From contig CBDFJG010000004.1 in the NCBI GenBank assembly GCA_965248445.1, forward strand, positions 800,001 to 864,000: a DNA stretch of 64,000 nucleotides. Direction: 5' to 3'. Below the pieces are notes generated by a model. The model was not told where the DNA came from, searched no databases, and was given only the letters and a program-made list of their open reading frames with translations. Source of the DNA: Planctomycetota bacterium (lineage in GTDB: Bacteria > Planctomycetota > JAJSAM01 > JAJVHW01). The position numbers and the translations under genes were made by a program. Shown piece after piece: positions 50,499 through 57,776 of this stretch (position 1 is the stretch's first letter; each line of letters opens with the position of its first letter).

Positions 50499-51233
50499 AT
50501 GCCGAGGCCAATCATCACGATCGCAGCCACGCTGGCTCTGGGCGCCGCGCTCGCCGCACCCGGTAGCGAGCCCGCACACGGCGGCGAGAAGCTTATGGAC
50601 TACGAGCTCGTCCAGCGGGTGATCCCGGAGCTGCGCGAGCTGAACAAACACGGCAGCGAGAACATCGCGAAGCTCCACGCACTCTTCGATGAGCTCGACG
50701 GCGAGGCGGCGATCACGACACCGGAGCGCAAGAAGCTGGGCGAGGCCGCCAAGGTGACCCTCGAAGACCATCTGGCAACGAAGAAGGAAGTCGTGGCAAA
50801 GCTGCGCACCGCCGTCGACCTGCCGGCCACGGGGCGCGCCGACAAGGAGGTCATGGCGAAGCTCCACGGCACGACGCTCCACGGCATCCGCTGGAACGAC
50901 GCGACGTTCCGGAAGTGCGTCAACGACCTCGCCGGGGCGCTCGGCCTGCGGATCCGGATGGCCTACCACGTCGTTCAGATGAACCGCGTCTCGCTGGACT
51001 TCAACGAGGCGAACGCGGCGACGGTGCTCACGTCGCTCTGCAACTTCTTCCATCTGCGCTACACCGTCGTGGACGGCGAGATCATGCTGTTCAAGAAGCT
51101 CACGCCGAACGAGGAGCGTTATCTCGACTACCAGAAGAAACACCCGGAGGCGAAACTCCGCTACTGGGACCGGGAGACTGCTGGCGGCGAGTACGACAAG
51201 GAGAAGAAGAAGAAGAGAAGGAGGGACCGCTGA
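50499..51233 (+). CDS. Secreted hypothetical protein (helical region plus STN-like small domain)
   Basis: Signal peptide, GGAG ribosome-binding site, typical codon usage; IRWNDATF..VSLDF..VLTSLC..LRYTVVDGEI. Confidence 0.7.
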   Translation: MPRPIITIAATLALGAALAAPGSEPAHGGEKLMDYELVQRVIPELRELNKHGSENIAKLHALFDELDGEAAITTPERKKLGEAAKVTLEDHLATKKEVVAKLRTAVDLPATGRADKEVMAKLHGTTLHGIRWNDATFRKCVNDLAGALGLRIRMAYHVVQMNRVSLDFNEANAATVLTSLCNFFHLRYTVVDGEIMLFKKLTPNEERYLDYQKKHPEAKLRYWDRETAGGEYDKEKKKKRRRDR

Positions 51234-51901
51234 TGCGCGCGCGTGATCTCCTACTGGCCGTCGCCGCTCTCGGGATCGGCTTCGTCGTCGCGTCCACTGC
51301 GGACACTCCGCCGGCCCACGGGCAGGACGCGGCCGCGACGATCGACGACATGGACCTCGACTTCCTCCGCGAGAAGATGCTGAAGATCTGGATCATCGAA
51401 GAGGCCAGCGACCGCCACAACCGGCGACGCATCGCCGAGAAGTCTTTCAACGGCATGACCCCGTACGAGCCCACCGGCGACGCCGCGCTCGACGCGGAGA
51501 ACAAGGCGCAGTACCTCAAGAACGACAAGCACCTGCGTCACTACCTGATGCTCGAGCTGGACAATGCGATCGAGGTCATCGACATCTGCCAGCGCGTCCT
51601 CGGGCGGCACGTGAGACCCCCGCGCTCGTCGCAGGGCAACATGCGCAAGCTCCTCGAGAAGCAACTGCCCGCACTGAACTGGAGCGACATGCCGCTCGCC
51701 GAGGCGCTGCATGAGCTCGGCAACGCAGTCGACACGCCGGTCACGTTCAGCGGTCTCGCGCCGAACGAGGACGCGCGCATCGACATCGAGTTCCCCGAGG
51801 GCTTCATGCTCCAGCAGGCCATCGAGTTCATCCAGGGCATCCACCCGCTCGCCTACCGGCTCGAGGACGGAGTCCTGCACTTCGAATACGGCGGGGACTG
51901 A
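51233..51901 (+). CDS. Secreted hypothetical protein with C-terminal STN-like domain
   Basis: TGATG coupling; signal peptide; LNWSDMPLAEAL..LAYRLEDGVL. Confidence 0.7.
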   Translation: MRARDLLLAVAALGIGFVVASTADTPPAHGQDAAATIDDMDLDFLREKMLKIWIIEEASDRHNRRRIAEKSFNGMTPYEPTGDAALDAENKAQYLKNDKHLRHYLMLELDNAIEVIDICQRVLGRHVRPPRSSQGNMRKLLEKQLPALNWSDMPLAEALHELGNAVDTPVTFSGLAPNEDARIDIEFPEGFMLQQAIEFIQGIHPLAYRLEDGVLHFEYGGD

Positions 51902-51904
51902 CCT

Positions 51905-52307
51905 TGCGATTCACGCGGATCGCAGAAGCGATCCGCGCGCCTCGCGGCGGTCAGTGTGTCTCCCTCCTACGCGTCCTCCGGACGCGTAGGAGGTCTACGG
52001 GCACGCCGCTCGCTTCGCAACCGGCCCGCCCTCGCGATTCACGCAACAAGTGCGAGCTAGCTGTAGGGGCGGGGTTCCACCCCCGCCCGCGAGTGGGTGC
52101 ACGGCAAGGCGCTATCGAGCGTTCGCGGGCGGGGCAGTGCCCCGCCCCTACAGCCACGTTGCGCTCGTCGCGTGGATGCGGAGGGCGCGGGGGTTGCGGA
52201 GCAAGCCCTGTGAACGCAGCCCTCGGTAGCGGTCGGAGACCGCGTAGGAGGGAGACAATCGTCCGCCGCGTGGCCCGTGGATCGCCACGCGATCAGCGGG
52301 CCACGCG
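51905..52307. repeat. Compound palindromic repeat cluster: inverted family B, REP doublet (52061-52090 and 52120-52157), forward family B
   Basis: 51905-52047 is the reverse complement of the 49080 copy; two inverted GTAG REPs follow; 52167-52307 is a forward copy. Confidence 0.85.
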
Positions 52308-53912
52308 CTACGGACGACGACGCGGGAGGTCGTCGACCGTGAAGTAGGGCTTCTCGCGCACTTCGGCCTTCAGGTCGCGCAGCTCCTGCCACGTGTGGTA
52401 GAGGCGCGAGCCGGCCGGCTCGAAGCCGCGCGGATTGACCGGGCCCTCATCGCCGCCCTCCGCACCGCCTTCGCCGCCGCCCTCCCCCTCGCCGTCGCCG
52501 CCGCTCTCCTCGAGGGGACCGCCGTCCACCTCGGCGTCGGACAGCAGGTTCTTGATCTTGTCGAGGTCAAGCACGCTCTCGACGGCGAGGTTCACCGTGC
52601 GGAGCAGGCGATCGGGGTAGCGGAGGTCGAGCTGCCAGAACAGCGGCAGGGCGCCCACCTCGCGCCAACGGGGTTCGACCTGCCGAGCCGAGAGGACGTC
52701 GCGGGCGGTCTCGAAGTTCGCGCGGACGTCGCGGTCGGACTCGCCCCGCTTCAGCCGCGAACCGATCTTGCGCAGGGCTGCCTGCCGGATCTCGGCGTTG
52801 CCGAGACGGGCCGCTGCGACGGCCGCGGCGGCGCGGACGAGCGGTGCGCGATCGTCGATGCGTTCCAGCACCGCGCCGCGCGCCTCGTCGGCGTCGATCG
52901 AGCTGAGCGCGAGAACCGCGGCACCGCGCACGCGGGTGTCCGACCCGCGCCTTGCGAGGGACAGCAGTTCCCCGAGCACCGATGCGTCACCACGCCCGAT
53001 CAAGAGGTCCACCGCCGCGCGGCGCACCTCCTCGTCCTTGGCGCTCTTCGCCACGTCGGCCAGTTTCCCCGATGCGACGGCGTCCTCGTACCGCGAGAGT
53101 CCGATCAGCGCAGGGATGCGCGGCTCCGGAGCATCCTCGCGATTCACCAGGTCGATGAGGAACGCGCGCGTGTCGTCCCGCTCGAACGTTGCGACCAGGT
53201 ACGCCACCACCGCCGCGCGGCGCTGGCTGCGGCGACGAGCGCGCATCGCGCTCGAGAGTCGCGCGCTCGGCTCGGGTGAGTCCCCGTCCAGTGCGGATTT
53301 GGGGAAGAAGCCCAGCGCGAGGACGCGCGACTCACGCACCAGTGCGTTGCCCTGCGAAGACGGGAAGCGCTTCACCAAGAGCTGCTCTGCCTCGTCGGTA
53401 TGAATGCGCGCCAGCGCAAGCGGAACGGCGGCGCGGAGAATGTGCTGGCTCTTGGACGACCGCAGCGACTTCTCGAACACGGCGACGCACTCGGCGTCCC
53501 TGCGCCGGCCGAGCCCCAGCGCCGAGAAGGCTCCGATGTAAGGGTTCGACGTCTCACGGACAACCGCCGCGCGCAGCGGCTCGGTGGTGCGCGGATCGTG
53601 CATGTCCATCAACGTGAGCGCCGCGGCCGCACGCGCCGGCGTCTCGGCAGATTCGAGAGCGTCGATCAGCGGCGCCACCGACCAGTACCCGATGGACTGC
53701 AGTTCGCGCCTGTGCTGGACGCGCTGCCGCATCGCGCCCGTGAAGAAGCGAGAGATCAGCTCGTCGATCTGCCGGCGGGTCTCCCGGTCCGGCTCGCGGA
53801 AGAATACGTTGCCCTCGCGTTCGTCGAACGCCACCGCGGGGTCGTCGGCGCGCGCGAGCACGGCGGGAGCCGCAGCGATCAGGACGATCAGTGCGAAAGC
53901 CGTCTTGCGCAT
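52308..53912 (-). CDS. Secreted HEAT-repeat protein
   Basis: Signal peptide; repeats ARAAAALTL, VRRAAVDLL, VRGAAVLAL, VRAAAAVA. Confidence 0.8.
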   Translation of the reverse strand: MRKTAFALIVLIAAAPAVLARADDPAVAFDEREGNVFFREPDRETRRQIDELISRFFTGAMRQRVQHRRELQSIGYWSVAPLIDALESAETPARAAAALTLMDMHDPRTTEPLRAAVVRETSNPYIGAFSALGLGRRRDAECVAVFEKSLRSSKSQHILRAAVPLALARIHTDEAEQLLVKRFPSSQGNALVRESRVLALGFFPKSALDGDSPEPSARLSSAMRARRRSQRRAAVVAYLVATFERDDTRAFLIDLVNREDAPEPRIPALIGLSRYEDAVASGKLADVAKSAKDEEVRRAAVDLLIGRGDASVLGELLSLARRGSDTRVRGAAVLALSSIDADEARGAVLERIDDRAPLVRAAAAVAAARLGNAEIRQAALRKIGSRLKRGESDRDVRANFETARDVLSARQVEPRWREVGALPLFWQLDLRYPDRLLRTVNLAVESVLDLDKIKNLLSDAEVDGGPLEESGGDGEGEGGGEGGAEGGDEGPVNPRGFEPAGSRLYHTWQELRDLKAEVREKPYFTVDDLPRRRP

Positions 53913-54019
53913 GGCTCCATGGTCCCCCGCCACCGCCCGGTGTCAACTGCCGGTGTCGGATCGAGCCTGCGGTGGCCGGCGGTGGTGGACCCCGCACCTA
54001 CCGCCGCACCTCATGGCGA

Positions 54020-54160
54020 GTCCGAATCGCGAGGGCGCGTCGCGTGCGAAGCAAGCGGTGTGACCGAAGCCATCCGTAGCGTCCGGAGGATGCGGAGGAG
54101 GGAACACGCGGCCGAAGCGTGGCCGAGGATCGCCTCGCGATCCACAGGACACGCGCACGG
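54020..54160. repeat. Structured repeat family B, copy 5
   Basis: GAATCGCGAGGGCG..GTAGCGTCCGGAGGATGCGGAGGAGGGAACAC..GGATCGCCTCGCGATCC. Confidence 0.8.
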
Positions 54161-54167
54161 GCGGCTC

Positions 54168-55334
54168 TCAGTACGTCTTCAGCACGTACTTGCGCCACGC
54201 CTCGTGCGCAGCGTCGGGGGACATCTTCAGCGCGTCCTCCGTGGCGGCCGACAGCGTGCGGCCCTTCTTGTACGCCAACACGAACGCCTTGAGCTTGCCG
54301 GTCCGGTGGAGCCAGTCCACGACGCTCCAGGACTCCTGCACCTCGTGGTGCTCGAGCTGATTCAGCGAGAGATTGCCGAGCACACCGAGACCGCGTTCGT
54401 CGCGGGACTTCACGCGCCCCTTGACCGCCCGCCGCCACGCCTTCTCGAGCGCCGCCTTGGCCGCCTCGTCGGCTTCGGGAGTGCCCTCCCTCGCGTAGTC
54501 GCCCGGCCGCGCGACTTCGAGGCAGTACGTCATGTTGGTTCCCGTCAGTCGAATCTCCTGCCAAGTCGCGAATCCCTCCAGGAGCCACCACGGCATCCAG
54601 CCGCCCGCGTCCTCCCACAGCAGCAACATGGCGTGACTGGATTGGTGAGACGCGTTGCCGATCAGGATCTCGAGGGTGGCGGGTCCCTGGAACCGCACCG
54701 ACAGCGGTCGCGGTGTGAGCACCCAGTAGCTAGGCTGCCGCCGCATCAGCTTGAACCGCTCGTCCGAGACCGTCTCGTCGCGCATGCGGTCGAAGACGCG
54801 ATCGGTGAAGCGCAAGTACTTCGGCTCCTGGCGGAAAACCACGAGTACGAGCTCGGCGGCGTCCGACTCCTCCAACACCTCCGCTTCTTCGCACGACATC
54901 ACGGAGCAGAAGTCGTCGTACGTCTTGCGCACCGCTTCGGCGATGCGCGACAGCTCGGCCGGGGAGAGGTCGCCCGCGACCCACACACGCTTGCGCGCGG
55001 CCGCGTTCAGCTTCACGCCGAGGGGTCCCTCCCACGTCCCGAGGTGCTCGCGCACCTTCTTGCGTTGTTCGTCCGAGAAGCCGGGCATGAACGGCGCATC
55101 GCGGCCGGAGTCGGCGTCCGCAGTGTCGAGATCCTCGCCCTCGACGATGCGTTTCACGTCGCCGGTGCGCACGGTCACGATCTTGCCGCGGTCATCGCGG
55201 ATGCGAACCAGACGCGAGCCCTTCGAGAGGACCTCGCCGCTGATCTTCGTGCCGTCCTTCAGCTCGACGATGTCGCCCTGCGCCAGCGCGGGGAGCGCGA
55301 GCAGAGCCAGGAGGCAGGCGAGTCGTCGCAGCAT
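54168..55334 (-). CDS. Secreted gluzincin/peptidase-MA-like protein with degenerate HExxH
   Basis: Signal peptide; DIVELKDGTKISG N-terminal module; HQSSH..MPWWLLEGFA. Confidence 0.6.
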   Translation of the reverse strand: MLRRLACLLALLALPALAQGDIVELKDGTKISGEVLSKGSRLVRIRDDRGKIVTVRTGDVKRIVEGEDLDTADADSGRDAPFMPGFSDEQRKKVREHLGTWEGPLGVKLNAAARKRVWVAGDLSPAELSRIAEAVRKTYDDFCSVMSCEEAEVLEESDAAELVLVVFRQEPKYLRFTDRVFDRMRDETVSDERFKLMRRQPSYWVLTPRPLSVRFQGPATLEILIGNASHQSSHAMLLLWEDAGGWMPWWLLEGFATWQEIRLTGTNMTYCLEVARPGDYAREGTPEADEAAKAALEKAWRRAVKGRVKSRDERGLGVLGNLSLNQLEHHEVQESWSVVDWLHRTGKLKAFVLAYKKGRTLSAATEDALKMSPDAAHEAWRKYVLKTY

Positions 55335-55412
55335 GCGGAAGATCAGCCCCATCGGCCCTCTGCGGCCGTGTTCAGCCCTCGTGAGCCCGCTTCATCCCTC
55401 TTTCAGCCCGCT

Positions 55413-57353
55413 TCAGGCCTCTTCAGGGCGAATGCCATACTTCTCCAGCTTACGCTGAAGCGCGAAGCGAGAGATGTTCAGCGCGTCGGCGGCCTTCGTC
55501 TTGTTGCCCTCGTAGAGGCTCAGCGCATTGGTGATCTCGGCCACCTCGACCGTCTGCACCAGCTTGTTCAGATCCCGCACCTCTCCGGCCGGCGCTGACG
55601 TCACGACCGAGGGATGGTGCCCGCGGATCTGCTCGGAGAGGACGTCGGACTCGACCACCTCGCCCGACAGCGCGAGGATGCGCATGCACTCGTTCTCGAG
55701 TTCGCGCACATTGCCGGGCCAGTCGTAGGCCGTCAGCAGGTCCATCACCCCCGGCGCCATGCGCACCGGTTTGCTCCCCGCACGGCGGACTTCACGATCG
55801 AGGAAGTGCGACACGAGCAGCGGGACGTCCTCCCGGCGTTCACGCAGCGGCGGCAAGCGGATGTGAAGCACGCGCAGCCTGTAGTAAAGGTCTTCGCGGA
55901 ACTCCCGGCGCTCGACCATCTCGCGGAGGTCGCGATTGCTCGCGGACAGGATGCGGACGTCGACCTGCACCGGTTCGACACCGCCGACCCGCCGGACTTC
56001 GCCCTCTTGCAGGACGCGCAGCAGCTTGCGCTGCATGCCCTGGCTCATGTCCCCCACCTCGTCGAGGAACAGTGTTCCACCGTGCGCCTGTTCGAAGAGT
56101 CCCTTCCGGTCGCGCTCCGCGCCCGTGAATGCGCCCTTCACGTAGCCGAACAGCTCGCTCTCGAGCAGCGTCTCGGTCAACGCCGCGCAGTTCTCGGACA
56201 CGAAGGGGCCCTTGACCCGGCGCCCATGCGCGTGGATCGCGCGCGCCACGAGCTCCTTGCCGGTGCCGCTCTCGCCGTGGACGTGCACGGGGACATCGGA
56301 GTCAACGACGCGGTCCAGCAGCCGCAGCATCCGCAACACGGCGGGGCTACGGCCCACGATCTCCTTGTAGTCGTACTTCGTGTCGAGCGACTTGCGAGCG
56401 CGCAGCTCCCCGCGCAGCTCCTCCAACTCGAGGCTCTGGCCGCGGACGATCTTCTCGAGCCGCTTGTTGAGCGCCTCGACCCGCTCCCGCGCCTCGGCCA
56501 GCTCGTTGCGCCCGGCCTCGGCGCGGGCGAACAGGCGCGCGTTGCGCAACGCCACCGCAGCGTGGTCGGCCAGCGCCGCGAGCATGCGCAGGTCCTCGTT
56601 CGCGAACGCCCGGTTCGCGAGCCGGTTGTCGAGGTAGAGCGCCCCCACCGCCTCGTCGCGCTCGTTGACGGGCACGCACAGCACGGAGCGTAGTCCGAGG
56701 ATCGAGATCGACTGGACGTCGCGGAAGCGCTCGTCCTCGAGCGCGTTCACGGCGCAGATAGGGTCGCCCTCGTCGATGACCCGGTGTGCGAGAGACCGCG
56801 AGATGTCCAACTCGCTCCCCTGCACCGCGTCGCCGGCGAAGTTGCGCGATGCGGCGAAGCTGAGATCCCCGTCGACGCGCAGGAGCAGGAAGCCGCGCTC
56901 CGCACCGACGATGTCGATCGCGTGGTCGAGGATCAGCTCGAACAGCCGCTCCTGGTTCAGCTCGCTGTTGAGCGCGCGCGCGGTGCGCTGCAATCGCAGC
57001 AGGTCCCGTTGCTCGCGGGCCTGCAACGCGGTCTCCGGGACGAGCGTGTCGGTGCCGATCTCCGTGTCCACCCTGTCGAAGTGAATGCGGGTGTCACCGA
57101 TCGCGATGACGTCGCCCGGGGCCAGCCGCCGGCGCTGTGCGAGCTGACCGTTCAGGAGTGTGCCGTTGGCGCTGCCGTCGTCTACGAGCCAGTACTGGCC
57201 CTCCCGCTCCTCGACGCAGCAGTGCCGCCGGCTGGCGCGCGGATCGGCGATCGGGAGCGCGTTCTCACGGCTACGGCCGATCCACACCGGCTCTGCAGCA
57301 ATGGCGTGCTCCACACGCTTCTGGTCGGGGGTGATGAGGATCAGCTTGGGCAC
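55413..57353 (-). CDS. Sigma-54-dependent activator with FHA, GAF, AAA+ and Fis HTH domains
   Basis: IGR..SRRH..SANGT (FHA); GAF; GESGTGKE, ESELFG..GAFTGA, FLDEVG, WPGNVRELEN; HTH. Start GTG 57353. Confidence 0.93.
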   Translation of the reverse strand: MPKLILITPDQKRVEHAIAAEPVWIGRSRENALPIADPRASRRHCCVEEREGQYWLVDDGSANGTLLNGQLAQRRRLAPGDVIAIGDTRIHFDRVDTEIGTDTLVPETALQAREQRDLLRLQRTARALNSELNQERLFELILDHAIDIVGAERGFLLLRVDGDLSFAASRNFAGDAVQGSELDISRSLAHRVIDEGDPICAVNALEDERFRDVQSISILGLRSVLCVPVNERDEAVGALYLDNRLANRAFANEDLRMLAALADHAAVALRNARLFARAEAGRNELAEARERVEALNKRLEKIVRGQSLELEELRGELRARKSLDTKYDYKEIVGRSPAVLRMLRLLDRVVDSDVPVHVHGESGTGKELVARAIHAHGRRVKGPFVSENCAALTETLLESELFGYVKGAFTGAERDRKGLFEQAHGGTLFLDEVGDMSQGMQRKLLRVLQEGEVRRVGGVEPVQVDVRILSASNRDLREMVERREFREDLYYRLRVLHIRLPPLRERREDVPLLVSHFLDREVRRAGSKPVRMAPGVMDLLTAYDWPGNVRELENECMRILALSGEVVESDVLSEQIRGHHPSVVTSAPAGEVRDLNKLVQTVEVAEITNALSLYEGNKTKAADALNISRFALQRKLEKYGIRPEEA

Positions 57354-57776
57354 GGGACTCTCCGACAGAGGTCCACTCGCTAGAGGAACCTCCGATCCCC
57401 AACCAACCATGATACATCGTGCGGAATCGCACGCAGAAGCGCAAGGGTCCTCCAGGCGGATCCGCAGAGCGGCCGGTAGCGGTCCCGTACGGGCGTCTGC
57501 GGCAGCCTCGTGGCGAGCCTGGCCACAGACCCTCTGAACGCCCCGAATTCGCTTCGTCCGCGGGCATCTTTCGGGTAGACATAAACCCCTTAATACAAAA
57601 GGACTTACGCGCCCTCGCGAGGACACAGAAGCGGTCCCCGTGAAGACGCGGCGGCGGAGAGCTCGCGCGGGCCTTCTCCGCGCCCCTCGCGGCCTCCCTG
57701 AACCGTCCCCAGAGCGATCCGCTCCGTGGGACGGTCCACAGCCTTCGAGGGGGGTCCACCAGGAGTTCGATCGCCC

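Noticed and set aside
38545..54160. Repeat family B as CRISPR repeats or tRNAs
   Set aside because: Copies are dispersed, ~140 bp and divergent, with no cloverleaf, T-loop or CCA signature
53400..55598. 732-aa + strand ORF
   Set aside because: Spans antisense of three real genes and a repeat; no recognisable domain
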